Under the pieces are notes generated by a model, which searched no databases, had not been told where the DNA came from, and saw only the letters and a program-made list of their open reading frames with translations. DNA of 36,867 bases, from positions 1-36,867 of IMG/VR virus record IMGVR_UViG_3300042453_000758, one strand, 5' to 3'. The stretch comes from a virus (Duplodnaviria > Caudoviricetes). Shown one piece after another: positions 16,957-27,022 of the stretch. Within the stretch, counting starts at the first letter, position 1. The number at the start of each line of letters is the position of its first letter. A program made the position numbers and the translations under genes.

Positions 16957-19900
16957 TGCCCTATATCCCCACTCGTAACGGTCAAAGCGTTTTCATTCAG
17001 GACCCTAATGAGGCCCAGCAGCGGTACCAGCAAGAGTGGGGACAAGGAGCTACCCCTCAAATGGGTGGAACTACCCCCAAACCGACTGCAAAACCTCAAG
17101 CTCAAGCAAAACCTCAGCGACAACCTCAGCGTGGTTTTGATCTAGGTAGGTTCATCCAAGACCAAGCTGGTGGTGCCTTGAAGCGTGCTGGCACTGCTGC
17201 AGCTACTCAGTTCCTTGCTGGTCCCTTGGCACCCCTTGTACAGCCGTTCATGGCTGTTAAAGGTGCTGCAAAGGCAAAGATCCCTGGTACCCAGCAAACC
17301 GTTGGTGATGAGGCACGTCGGATTGTTCAAGATATTCCCCGTCAAATTGTTAACGCTCCTATTGCTGCGATGGAGCAGATCGGGGCTGTAACTCAGGGTG
17401 TTGACCTTGGTGCTGCTTTGGCCTCTGGTGGCTCTGTTGGGGCTATGGCAGAAACCGACAAAGCTTTGGTTGAGCAGCGCTCTAAGAACGCTCAAGCAGC
17501 CATTGAAGCCCTTCAGAAGACTGGACGGGATCCTCAAGGTTTCAGCTACGGCATCAAACCCAAGACTCCGATCATCGGTCCTGCGTTTAGTGACGACAGC
17601 GAGTTTGTTAAGCAAAACATCAAACCTAAAACTGCTGGCGGTCGTCTTGTTTCTCAAATTGGCGCTGCTATTGGTTTTGACCTTGGCGTTAACAAACTGA
17701 CCAAAGCTCCAAGCTTGATGGGGCAAACAATTCAGACAGCTGAAAAGTTTTCTGATATTTGGAAAACTAAAGATTTGGCTAAGGGTGCTCAGGTTATGGC
17801 GTCTTACCTAATCAAAGACGTTCTGCCTGAAAGCATTCAAAGCGCAATGTTCTTCATGCCTCAACCTCCTGCTGCAATGCAAAAGGAGTTGGATGAGATC
17901 CAGAACCTTCGAACCCCTGAAGAGCGCATTCGTGCTGCTGAGGTACTTCGTGCTGAGAATCCTGACAAGTTCAACTACGCCCTTGGTTTGCTTAAGGAAG
18001 CTTCCTTTGGCGTAGGTACGGTAACCGGTATTCGTGGCGTTCTTTATCTAGGTAACCGCTTCCTTAGTAAAGCCACCAGTGGTATCCCTGCTCAACAAGC
18101 CATGGAGGAGGCCACTCAGGAAGCTCTCCCGCTGATCCGTCAGGAAGTAGAGGCTGAGGGCGTCAAGAAGGCTAACGAGGTCATCCAGGACCGTCTGGGT
18201 GTTGTTACGTCTGAGCTGTACAAGAAGATCGACGAGAACGTAGCTCAGATTGCTTTTGGTGCTCGTGCTGGTGCTGAATCGTTCCTGCAGCGTCAACAAG
18301 AACTGATCCCTGACCTGACTCGTATTCGACAGGAGCTTGAAGCTGTCCCTCCTGTGGAACCTGAACGAGCAAGTGTTGCAGCTGAAATCGACTCTCTCAG
18401 AAGCGTTTTGGGCGTAAAAACCCCTGAGCAAGTTGCTGCAAAACAAGCCAACCTAGAGGCCCGTCTGATGGCCTACGAGGAGGCTATTGCCAAGGATCCT
18501 GAATGGATCAACAAGTCCACTGGTGTCGGTAAGAAAGCCAGCAAGAACAGCACCAAGGTTCGTATGGCTGCTCAAGCTGCTGAGCGTCTTGATCGCCTTC
18601 GGATTCTTGAAACTCAACTGCAAGAGTTTGACAACCTTGACCTTGAGCGGACTGCAAAGATTGCTCAGCTAGAACAAAAGGTTGTTGAGGGTCAAACCTC
18701 TTCTATTGCTTTTACCAACTCCCTTAACGACGCTCGGATCCTTGTTGATACGCTCGACAAGCTGAACGATGAGCGTATTGGTTATTTGGAGAGCTATAAC
18801 GCTCTGTTGTTCCGTGAAAACCGCCTTGATGAGATTGATACTGACTACACCCTGAAAGATGCTTTTGGTCAGGCTTACGGGGAACTCAAGGACCTCCTGA
18901 ACGCTGGTGAGGCTGCTGTTGCTAGCGGTAACCTCAACCCTGAGTTCATCAACACCTTTATTACTCGTGTTGATGAAATCCATAACAAAGTTATTGACAA
19001 TGGCGGTCTGGCTCCTGTTGTACCTCAGATTCCTGAGGACATTGCTCAAATGATTGACGAGGAGGTTCCTCTTGATGTTGAGCAAGCTCTGACCCCTCAA
19101 AGCACCCTTACGCCTCCTCGTGCTCCTTCTCCTGTCGTCAATCAGGTTCCTGTAACCAAAACTGATGAAGGTGAGATTGTTGTTGATACTGACACCATTG
19201 GAGCTAACCGTGCTCTGAGTGAAAGCGTCCCTGGTGATGACATTGCTGTTAACCCTCGTGAAGTGATTCGTGAAGTTAACAGGGACCTTGAAATTAACCA
19301 GGATCCTAGTGAGACCTTTGAGAGCCTCAAAGATTTTACCAAGGGCTATGAAGATGCTCTCAAGGAACAGAAGCGTCTAATCGACAAGACTGGTGACGAG
19401 GACATTGCTGATAAAGCGTTCCAGATCTACAACACCAGCGCTACTAAATACACCGGTAGTTTTGACAACGCTGCTGCTGTTAAAGCGCTGTTTGAAACCT
19501 TTGATCGTGATGCAATTCTCCCTCAACAATACGCTTTAAGTTTGCGTAAACTTGCTGAATTTATGGGCGGTGATTCCAGACTTAATCAAATGTCTGAATT
19601 TATTGCTGCTGAACAATTTGGTAAAGACATTCAAAAGAACCTAAACAAAATTATGGTTCCTGTGGCAGCACTTGATTCCAATGCTGCTTCTGCCCTAGCT
19701 GCTGCCCGTAATCTTCGTAAAATTTTGAACGATGAAGATGTTCCTGGTCTTGATCGTGTTACTGCGCTAGATAATTTCAAAGCAAATTTTGAAACTTTTG
19801 TAGCTAACGCCAAAGCTCTTAACGAGATGATGTATGGCGTTGGTAATGCTCTTCGGTTGTTTGACCGTCGTAACCGTCTTCAGTTTGCTGCTGGAGACCC

Positions 19901-22622
19901 CAAGGTACTTTTCAGCCGCTTTAACCAAGAACTAGCCACTTTTGGTGACAACCAAAACTTTGCTGATGTTCTTGCTGACAAAACCAAAGCAGCTAAAGCA
20001 GAACTTGAAGAGCATTACGGTGATCTGTTTAAAAAGATCAGCAACGACGAAGATCTGACTGATGACGACCTTGCTGGTCTTGAAAGTCTTGTTGAAAAGA
20101 TCTATGAGTCTCAAGGTGACATCAGCAAACTAAAAGATCTTGAAGTCACTGCTGATGCAGTTTTGGCTCGTTTGCAGATTGGTTCTCCGCTGTCTAACCC
20201 TGCAACTGTTTTCTCGATTCCTATTCAAGGTATTCCTGAAACGTACCTGGAACTTACTGGTCAAGCTGTCAGCAACACGATTACTGGCACGATGGCTAAG
20301 TGGCTTGGTAAGACTGAATTTGCCAAGGAATCGCTTGATGAAGCTCGTGTTGCTGCTGACACGATCCTTCAAACCCGATTTGTGCTTGGAGAGGCTCTGG
20401 AGGCCACCTACAACCGCTTTGTGTATGGCAAGGCCATCTCAGACCCTGCACAGGCTGCTGACAGCGCTTACGAGATTCAAAGGGCTGGTGGTCTGCGTCG
20501 TGAAGAAGCCATCGCTCAAGACCTTGCCCAGAAGCAAGTAAGGATTCCTTTCGTCAACTACGTTATGGAGCGTGGGGAAAACGACGACAAGCTGTTTGAT
20601 ACCGTCAACGGCAGCCGAGTATTTCTTAAAGCATTCCACGATTACTTCATGCCTGCTGAGGCCTGGGAAAAGCGCAGTTGGTTTGGTAAGTACGTCATGG
20701 GTGGTACGACCACTGCCCTTCGCGGTATGGGTCTTGGTAAGAAAAGTTATTACCCAGGTGGTGAGAACGTAAACCTCAGTCTTCCCATGCAGCTTTCTGC
20801 GGCTGCTGATGAATTGACTACGGCTCTCTTTGCCAACGCTCACGTTAGGGCTGTTGTAAACAAAGAGGTTGATGAGCAGATTGCTGCTGGTGTTGTTGCT
20901 AGTGCAGACCGAGCTGAGGAGATTGCAAGACGTTTAAACAAAGAAATGTCTGATGTGTACAAGCCAGTCAAGGTTGGCTTTGATCAACAGACAATTGGTT
21001 ACTCAGTTCTTGATAACCAAATTCTTCAAATGACTCGTGCCATCAACCTTACTGAAGAGTTGACTGGTCCTCTTGCTAACACTGCTGATGCTGTAAACGC
21101 CTTGCGTAACAGTAAACATCCTGCTCTTGCTGCTTTTGGACGTGACATTTTCCCGTTTCTTACCTCTCCTCTAAACGGCATCAAGCGTGCTGCGATGATC
21201 GCTTATGGCGGTGAAGTAGTACAAGCTGGTGTAGATGCATTTAGAGCTGGTCTTTCTACCGGCATGAAAGCGTTGCCTGAAAGCATTGCAGATCGTCTTC
21301 CTGCTAAAACCCGTCAAGACATCATTGACTTTGAAAGCAAGTATGTAAGCTCTGATCCTCAAGTCCGTAGCCGTGCTCAAGGGGCTTTGGCTCTGTCTCT
21401 TGGTATTAACGCTCTTGCTTTCTTCTTGCTGCGAGATGGTAACCAAGACCTAACTGGTGGTCTTGAGAACACCTACCGAGAAACAGAGGGTGTTCGTGAT
21501 CCTTATACCTGGAAGGTTGGTGGAATGATGATTCCTTACCGTTATCTTCCTGTTATTGGAAACACCCTTGCTTTCCACGCCACAATCCGAGATCTCCAAG
21601 AGTTCTCTCCTGGTCGTGAAACTTCTGGTGCTTTTGCTCTTGCTATTGCTTCTCTTGCAAACACCATTCTGGAAACCCCTGCCATTGCTGGTTTTGATCG
21701 AGTAATCAAAGCTCTCACCGCTGCAGGTACTGGTGACGTATCTCGGATGCAAAAGCTGATTGCAGACTCTGTGGCTAAGGTCAGTGATCCTTACCTCAAC
21801 CTCAGAAAGGTTGTTATTCAAGGTTTTGATCCTCGTAAACCTGCAAGTCCTGTTACTCGTTTTGCTGGTAAAGGTTTCTACTCAACTGGAAAGCTTGGTG
21901 AGAAAGGAATCACGATGTCTGACATTGGTAACAGCATCTTGGATTCCTCATTTGGAAGCTTTGGTATTGCCTCTGAATACAGCCCTGTAGGCGTCATTGC
22001 TGATGCTCTGGTGTCTGTTGTCCGCAACGAGCCTGAGTTCCGCACAGCGTCTCGTAAGGCCCTCTGGTATGGCAAGCCAGGAACCACCATCAACGCCAAC
22101 CACGCTGGCAAGTGGTATCCCGTTCAAGCTGTCCTTGGACGCTATTGGCTGTTCCCTGACAAGCTTGGGGAAGATCCTGTGGCTAACGAGATGGTGGTAA
22201 ACCTGATCCCGCCTCCTCGTAAAACTCTGTTTAGTGCTGATGGGGTTGGCATCAATGAAGCTGTTCTTAACGACTTCAACCACTTCTTGAACTCTGAGTT
22301 TGAGTACTACGACCCTGTATTTAACAAACAGTACAAAGGTGTTCACGCTTATCTCAAAGATCTCGTAAATAGCAAGCAGTACAAACAGTATCCTTCTGTT
22401 GACTCTCCGTTCCGTATGGGTTCTATGGGCCTTGTTCAGGATCCTAATTGGGGTCGTGAAGACAATATGCGGCGAGTAATTCTTAAGAATGAGGTTGATA
22501 AACTAATTAGTATTGCTAAGGAGCAGTTCTTAATGGGTGATCTTCCCGGTCAACGCTACAAAGCTCCTGCAGAAATGAAACAGCTTGTTCTTCAAAATCG
22601 TCTGACCGGAGGTGCTCAGTAA
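16956..22622 (+). CDS. Large internal virion protein (gp16-like)
   Basis: About 1890 aa, helical, last gene before the tail fibre; FPFLTSPLN and GRYWLFP-type segments; ATG 16956 preferred over TTG 16941. Confidence 0.8.
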   Translation: MPYIPTRNGQSVFIQDPNEAQQRYQQEWGQGATPQMGGTTPKPTAKPQAQAKPQRQPQRGFDLGRFIQDQAGGALKRAGTAAATQFLAGPLAPLVQPFMAVKGAAKAKIPGTQQTVGDEARRIVQDIPRQIVNAPIAAMEQIGAVTQGVDLGAALASGGSVGAMAETDKALVEQRSKNAQAAIEALQKTGRDPQGFSYGIKPKTPIIGPAFSDDSEFVKQNIKPKTAGGRLVSQIGAAIGFDLGVNKLTKAPSLMGQTIQTAEKFSDIWKTKDLAKGAQVMASYLIKDVLPESIQSAMFFMPQPPAAMQKELDEIQNLRTPEERIRAAEVLRAENPDKFNYALGLLKEASFGVGTVTGIRGVLYLGNRFLSKATSGIPAQQAMEEATQEALPLIRQEVEAEGVKKANEVIQDRLGVVTSELYKKIDENVAQIAFGARAGAESFLQRQQELIPDLTRIRQELEAVPPVEPERASVAAEIDSLRSVLGVKTPEQVAAKQANLEARLMAYEEAIAKDPEWINKSTGVGKKASKNSTKVRMAAQAAERLDRLRILETQLQEFDNLDLERTAKIAQLEQKVVEGQTSSIAFTNSLNDARILVDTLDKLNDERIGYLESYNALLFRENRLDEIDTDYTLKDAFGQAYGELKDLLNAGEAAVASGNLNPEFINTFITRVDEIHNKVIDNGGLAPVVPQIPEDIAQMIDEEVPLDVEQALTPQSTLTPPRAPSPVVNQVPVTKTDEGEIVVDTDTIGANRALSESVPGDDIAVNPREVIREVNRDLEINQDPSETFESLKDFTKGYEDALKEQKRLIDKTGDEDIADKAFQIYNTSATKYTGSFDNAAAVKALFETFDRDAILPQQYALSLRKLAEFMGGDSRLNQMSEFIAAEQFGKDIQKNLNKIMVPVAALDSNAASALAAARNLRKILNDEDVPGLDRVTALDNFKANFETFVANAKALNEMMYGVGNALRLFDRRNRLQFAAGDPKVLFSRFNQELATFGDNQNFADVLADKTKAAKAELEEHYGDLFKKISNDEDLTDDDLAGLESLVEKIYESQGDISKLKDLEVTADAVLARLQIGSPLSNPATVFSIPIQGIPETYLELTGQAVSNTITGTMAKWLGKTEFAKESLDEARVAADTILQTRFVLGEALEATYNRFVYGKAISDPAQAADSAYEIQRAGGLRREEAIAQDLAQKQVRIPFVNYVMERGENDDKLFDTVNGSRVFLKAFHDYFMPAEAWEKRSWFGKYVMGGTTTALRGMGLGKKSYYPGGENVNLSLPMQLSAAADELTTALFANAHVRAVVNKEVDEQIAAGVVASADRAEEIARRLNKEMSDVYKPVKVGFDQQTIGYSVLDNQILQMTRAINLTEELTGPLANTADAVNALRNSKHPALAAFGRDIFPFLTSPLNGIKRAAMIAYGGEVVQAGVDAFRAGLSTGMKALPESIADRLPAKTRQDIIDFESKYVSSDPQVRSRAQGALALSLGINALAFFLLRDGNQDLTGGLENTYRETEGVRDPYTWKVGGMMIPYRYLPVIGNTLAFHATIRDLQEFSPGRETSGAFALAIASLANTILETPAIAGFDRVIKALTAAGTGDVSRMQKLIADSVAKVSDPYLNLRKVVIQGFDPRKPASPVTRFAGKGFYSTGKLGEKGITMSDIGNSILDSSFGSFGIASEYSPVGVIADALVSVVRNEPEFRTASRKALWYGKPGTTINANHAGKWYPVQAVLGRYWLFPDKLGEDPVANEMVVNLIPPPRKTLFSADGVGINEAVLNDFNHFLNSEFEYYDPVFNKQYKGVHAYLKDLVNSKQYKQYPSVDSPFRMGSMGLVQDPNWGREDNMRRVILKNEVDKLISIAKEQFLMGDLPGQRYKAPAEMKQLVLQNRLTGGAQ

Positions 22623-23914
22623 TGGCTTACGCATCAATTACTTACACCAGTGCTTCTGGTACAACGTTTGCCCTGACCAACAGTAACGGAGATCCTATTC
22701 CGTATATCAGGCAAGCTGACATTAAAGTTTATGTAAATACTGTTTTACAAACTCTTACAACTGATTACACCTTTAACAGTGCTGGCACTGCAATTGTTTT
22801 AAACAGTGCTGTAAGTGGAGCCACTGTACTCATTCAACGAATTACAGACATTACAGATCCAACGGTTGTTTATACAGCAGGATCTACTCTTACAGCTCAG
22901 GACCTTAATAACGCTGATAACCAAATTAGATATGGTCTTCAAGAGTTTCAAGATTCTGTAAATTCTGGTGCTGGTGTTCCCGATGGAGATAAAGGAGACA
23001 TTGTTGTTGCAGGCACAGGCACCATCTGGTCTATTGATGCAAACGCAGTTGTTGCTGGAAAAATTGCTAGTGGTGCTGTAACAGAAGCCAAAATTGGTAC
23101 TGGTGCCGTTACAGAAGCCAAGATTGGGTCAGGAGCTGTTACAGAAGCAAAGATTGGTTCTGGTGCTGTTACTAGTACCAAAATTGCTGATGACACAATT
23201 GTTAACGCTGATATCAATTCAGCAGCAGCAATTGCTGGTACAAAGATAAGTCCTGATTTTGGTAGTCAAAACATTACGACTACTGGAAACGTCACCATTA
23301 ACGGTCAAGGTGACCTTCGCTTTGGTGATTCTGACTCTAGTAACTGGGTTGCGTTTCAAGCTCCGTCAACAATTTCTAGTAACGTAACTTGGACTCTTCC
23401 AAACGCTGACGGAACTGCAAACCAAACTTTTACTACAAATGGTTCTGGAGTTTTAAGCTGGGCAACTGTTGAAACTATTCCTTCTGGTTCTGTTTTGTGG
23501 TTTGCTGCTTCTTCTGCTCCTACTGGGTATTTAAAGGCAAATGGTGCAGCAGTTAGTCGTTCTACTTACGCAGCTTTGTTCAGTGCTGTAGGTACAACGT
23601 TTGGTTCTGGTGACGGCTCAACAACTTTTAACGTCCCTGATCTGCGTGGTGAGTTCCTTCGTGGCTGGGATGACAGCCGTGGCATTGATACCAGCCGCAG
23701 CTTTGGTTCTGCTCAAACTGATGAACTGAAGAGCCACCTTCACGCCATTTCGTCGGGTGCCATCTTGAATGGGTATGACTTGGGGGCGTCTGGAGCATTG
23801 CGAAGTGGTTCTGGTGGCTCTGGTAGCAACCCAGGCTTTTATGACACCGCCTCAACAGGCGGCACTGAAACCCGTCCTCGTAACATTGCTCTGTTGGCCT
23901 GCATTAAGTACTAA
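22622..23914 (+). CDS. Tail fibre (gp17-like N-terminal anchor, repeat shaft, C-terminal tail-collar domain)
   Basis: IKVYVN...IQRIT...GSTLTAQDLN..DNQ..Y..QE anchor; IPSG.V.WFA...APTGYLKANG..VSRSTYAALF...FNVPDLRGEFLRGWD collar; ETRPRNIALLACIKY end. Confidence 0.93.
   Translation: MAYASITYTSASGTTFALTNSNGDPIPYIRQADIKVYVNTVLQTLTTDYTFNSAGTAIVLNSAVSGATVLIQRITDITDPTVVYTAGSTLTAQDLNNADNQIRYGLQEFQDSVNSGAGVPDGDKGDIVVAGTGTIWSIDANAVVAGKIASGAVTEAKIGTGAVTEAKIGSGAVTEAKIGSGAVTSTKIADDTIVNADINSAAAIAGTKISPDFGSQNITTTGNVTINGQGDLRFGDSDSSNWVAFQAPSTISSNVTWTLPNADGTANQTFTTNGSGVLSWATVETIPSGSVLWFAASSAPTGYLKANGAAVSRSTYAALFSAVGTTFGSGDGSTTFNVPDLRGEFLRGWDDSRGIDTSRSFGSAQTDELKSHLHAISSGAILNGYDLGASGALRSGSGGSGSNPGFYDTASTGGTETRPRNIALLACIKY
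23072..23191 (+). repeat. 30-bp coding tandem repeat x4 (GAVTEAKIG[T/S])
   Basis: Four consecutive degenerate 30-nt units in the fibre shaft, plus a more diverged unit just upstream. Confidence 0.9.
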
Positions 23915-23917
23915 GCC

Positions 23918-24298
23918 ATGAACATTTATCACTACCACCCAACGACTGGTATTTTCTGCGGACAAAGCGTTGCAGATGAATCACCGCTAGAGCCTGGTGT
24001 TTTTCTAATCCCAGCTTTTGCTACAACTCTTGAGCCACCTCAATGCCCTTCTGGGCACTATGTAGTTTTTAAAAACTCTCAATGGGTTCTTGAGGTTATT
24101 CCAGAACCTGAGCCTGAACCTGATCCTCAACCAGCTCCTCCTCCGCCGACTCAAGAACAATTGAGAAAAATTGCTTATTTTGAAGAAGCAGATCCTTTGT
24201 TCTTTAAAGCTCAAAGAGGTGAAATTACTATTGATGTTTGGCATCAAAAAGTTGATGAAATCAGAGCTCGGTATCCTTATGAGGTTAGTGAGCTGTGA
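23918..24298 (+). CDS. Tail fibre assembly chaperone (Tfa-like)
   Basis: IYHYHPTTG.F.G...ADESPLEPGVFLIPAFAT..EPP and R..AY..EADPLFF...W..KV.EIRARYPY; follows the collar-type fibre. Confidence 0.85.
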   Translation: MNIYHYHPTTGIFCGQSVADESPLEPGVFLIPAFATTLEPPQCPSGHYVVFKNSQWVLEVIPEPEPEPDPQPAPPPPTQEQLRKIAYFEEADPLFFKAQRGEITIDVWHQKVDEIRARYPYEVSEL

Positions 24299-24423
24299 AA
24301 CCTAAGAAAACTTTGAGCGGTAAACCTGTTCGACTTCCGCCTAAGCCTAAACAAACAACTCAAGGTCAATCCAAAAACAGCAAACCAAAGGGTTCCCGTA
24401 AACTTAAAAGAGGTCAAGGTTAG
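24295..24423 (+). CDS. Small basic protein (42 aa, not in ORF track)
   Basis: GTGA-coupled; MKPKKTLSGKPVRLPPKPKQTTQGQSKNSKPKGSRKLKRGQG; exactly fills the gap; the PK.T.QG...RGQG pattern recalls small aquatic-phage proteins. Confidence 0.7.
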   Translation: MKPKKTLSGKPVRLPPKPKQTTQGQSKNSKPKGSRKLKRGQG

Positions 24424-24425
24424 TT

Positions 24426-25058
24426 ATGAAACGTCTTCTTGTAAAAGCGACAGGTGGTGGCGGTGGTGTCACCGATGGCGACAAGGGTGACATCACGGTG
24501 TCTGGGTCCGGGGCAACTTGGACGATTGATTCAGGTGTGGTTGGGACATCCAAACTTGGTGGCGACATCACAACTGCTGGTAAGGCACTGCTGGATGACG
24601 CGGATGCCTCTGCTCAACGGACCACGTTGGGTCTTGGCACGATTGCCACATTGGCTGCCCCTAGCGGCACCGTCGTTGGCACCAGCGACACCCAAACGCT
24701 GACCAACAAAACGCTGACAGATCCAGCCATCATCGGCACGATCCTTGAGGACGTTTTCACCATCACTGACGGTGCAGCGTTTGAGGTGGACCCTGGCAAC
24801 GGTTCTGTTCAGCTGGTGACGCTGGGTGCCAGTCGTACTCCGAAGGCCACCAACTTTGCTGCTGGTGAGTCGGTGACGTTGATGGTGGATGACGGCACGG
24901 CCTACACGATCACTTGGACCGATAGCACCTGGGGCACTGGTGGTGTGACGTGGGTTGGTGGTTCTGCCCCGACGCTTGCGACCAGTGGCTACAGCGTGAT
25001 CCAGCTGTGGAAGGTTGGCACCAAGGTTTATGGAGCCAGCGTGGGGAGTGTGGCATGA
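24426..25058 (+). CDS. Second tail-fibre-type protein
   Basis: DGDKGDITVSGSGATWTID, TQTLTNKTLT and C-terminal ITW..VTW.GGSAPTL...VYG module typical of phage fibres. Confidence 0.8.
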   Translation: MKRLLVKATGGGGGVTDGDKGDITVSGSGATWTIDSGVVGTSKLGGDITTAGKALLDDADASAQRTTLGLGTIATLAAPSGTVVGTSDTQTLTNKTLTDPAIIGTILEDVFTITDGAAFEVDPGNGSVQLVTLGASRTPKATNFAAGESVTLMVDDGTAYTITWTDSTWGTGGVTWVGGSAPTLATSGYSVIQLWKVGTKVYGASVGSVA

Positions 25059-27022
25059 GGATTCCTCACGGCCTGCGGGCAGCTTTGGCTGGTCAGGGAA
25101 GCACTCCTGCACCTAGCACTGATGCCAACTTTGAGAACACGGTGCTGTTGCTTCATGGTGACGGCACCAACGGCGCTCAGAACAACACGTTCACGGACGG
25201 CAGCACCAACAACTTCACCATTACCAGAAGCGGTAACGCGACGCAGGGTACGTTCAGTCCGTATGGCGATAACTGGTCGAATTACTTTGATGGGACTGGG
25301 GATTATTTAAGAGTTACAAACGGCAGTTTTCTTACATTTACAGGCGACTTTACAGTTGAAGGGTGGATATATAGCTCATTCAGCGGCGGAACTGGTGTTC
25401 AAGGGTTTATGCTGATTGACACGCGAAGTGGATACAGCACTTCAAATTGGGCGTTTGGTGTATTTAGTTCCACTGGAGCCGTACAATTCTTTTATAGCGG
25501 TGGCGGTTTATCCTCCTCAGTTAGTTGCGTCCCAAATGCTTGGAATCATATTGCACTGACTCGCAGTGGAACAACGCTTAAAATGTTTGTCAACGGTGTA
25601 GAAGGATATAGCGGCACAGTTTCCGGCACTATTGCAACTGGCTCAAATGCCAACGCAACAATCGGCGCAGGTTTTGACGGTGCAAATTATATGTCCACTG
25701 GATACTGTGCTGGACTTAGAGTTGTTAACGGCACCGCCGTCTACACCAGCAACTTCACCCCCAGCACCACACCGCTCGCAGCAATCACCAACACCTCGCT
25801 GCTGACCTGCCAAAGCAACAGGTTCCGTGATGCCAGCACCAATAACTTTACGATCACCCGCAACGGTGATGTCAGTGTTCAACGGTTTAGCCCGTTCTCC
25901 CCAGCTGCTGCGTACTCCTCGTCAACGATTGGTGGTAGTGGGTACTTTGATGGGACTGGAGATAATGTTTATTGCACACCTTCTAACCTAACTGGTCAAT
26001 ATACGATTGAAGGCTGGTTTTATCAGACAGATAATGCAGGTACAAAAGCGTTTTTTGGTAACTGGAGCACTGGCTGTCTGTTGCGTGTTCAATCAGGAAT
26101 AAGTTTTGAGTGGTACATGCCCGGGAGTAGCTTAACCGCAACGATAGTTTCACAAAAAAATCAGTGGTTCCACGCTGCAATAACTAGAGATTCAGGCAAT
26201 ACTGTCCGTTTATTTTTGAACGGGACACAAGTTGCTTCTAATACTAGCAGTAGTACCATTACCATGACCAACTTTACGGTCGGGTCCGAAAGAAGCGTAA
26301 GTGGAGATCCATACGCTGGTTACATCAGCGGATTCCGAATCCTTAATGGAACTGCTCTTTACACATCAGCCTTCACTCCACCCACGACGCCCCCCACTGC
26401 GATTGCCAACACTAATCTTCTGCTGAACTTCACCAACGGCGGCATCATTGATAACACGATGATGAATGACGTGGAGACTGTTGGTAACGCTCAGATCAGC
26501 ACCACTGTCAAGAAGTACGGCACGGGCAGCATGTACTTTGATGGAACGGGGGATTGGTTACTTCTTCCTCACACAACAGATCATTTGATTGGAACTGGCA
26601 AATTTACGATTGAGTTCTGGCTTTACTTAAGTGCTACAGGTGCTGCGCGTGGTTTAGTTGGAAAAGGCACCAGCACTACGGGATGGCTTGTTTCCATTGA
26701 TAGCAGCAATAAAGTTGTTTTCACGTATGGTTCAAGCACAATTACCTCCAGTGGCGCATTAAGTGGCAGTACTTGGTATTACGTCACAGTTGTGCGTGAA
26801 GGAACCAGCACCAATCAAACCAAAATTTACATTGATGGCACCAATGACGGCACTGGAACAGTAAGCACAGATTTCACTCAAACCAATGCAATGTACGTTG
26901 GAGCCAACAGAACAGCAGGTGACGCCCTTAACGGCTACATCGACGATCTCCGCATCACCAAAGGCGTTGCTCGCTACACGGCGAACTTCACGCCGCCAAC
27001 AGCAGCTTTACCTGACCTATGA
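25055..27022 (+). CDS. LamG/ConA-like lectin-domain tail (receptor-binding) protein, three repeats
   Basis: ATGA-coupled start at 25055; three YFDGTGD...FTxE.W...W.H.A.TR..G....F.NG...GY...LR units; LLLHGDG N-terminal and GVARYTANFTPPT C-terminal motifs. Confidence 0.9.
   Translation: MRIPHGLRAALAGQGSTPAPSTDANFENTVLLLHGDGTNGAQNNTFTDGSTNNFTITRSGNATQGTFSPYGDNWSNYFDGTGDYLRVTNGSFLTFTGDFTVEGWIYSSFSGGTGVQGFMLIDTRSGYSTSNWAFGVFSSTGAVQFFYSGGGLSSSVSCVPNAWNHIALTRSGTTLKMFVNGVEGYSGTVSGTIATGSNANATIGAGFDGANYMSTGYCAGLRVVNGTAVYTSNFTPSTTPLAAITNTSLLTCQSNRFRDASTNNFTITRNGDVSVQRFSPFSPAAAYSSSTIGGSGYFDGTGDNVYCTPSNLTGQYTIEGWFYQTDNAGTKAFFGNWSTGCLLRVQSGISFEWYMPGSSLTATIVSQKNQWFHAAITRDSGNTVRLFLNGTQVASNTSSSTITMTNFTVGSERSVSGDPYAGYISGFRILNGTALYTSAFTPPTTPPTAIANTNLLLNFTNGGIIDNTMMNDVETVGNAQISTTVKKYGTGSMYFDGTGDWLLLPHTTDHLIGTGKFTIEFWLYLSATGAARGLVGKGTSTTGWLVSIDSSNKVVFTYGSSTITSSGALSGSTWYYVTVVREGTSTNQTKIYIDGTNDGTGTVSTDFTQTNAMYVGANRTAGDALNGYIDDLRITKGVARYTANFTPPTAALPDL

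Noticed and set aside
24950-25054. N-terminal extension of the LamG ORF given in the track
   Set aside because: Overlaps the upstream fibre gene; ATGA coupling at 25055 is the more plausible start.
25055-27022. Diversity-generating retroelement targeting the LamG protein
   Set aside because: No reverse transcriptase and no near-identical template/variable repeat pair with adenine-specific mismatches is visible in the window.
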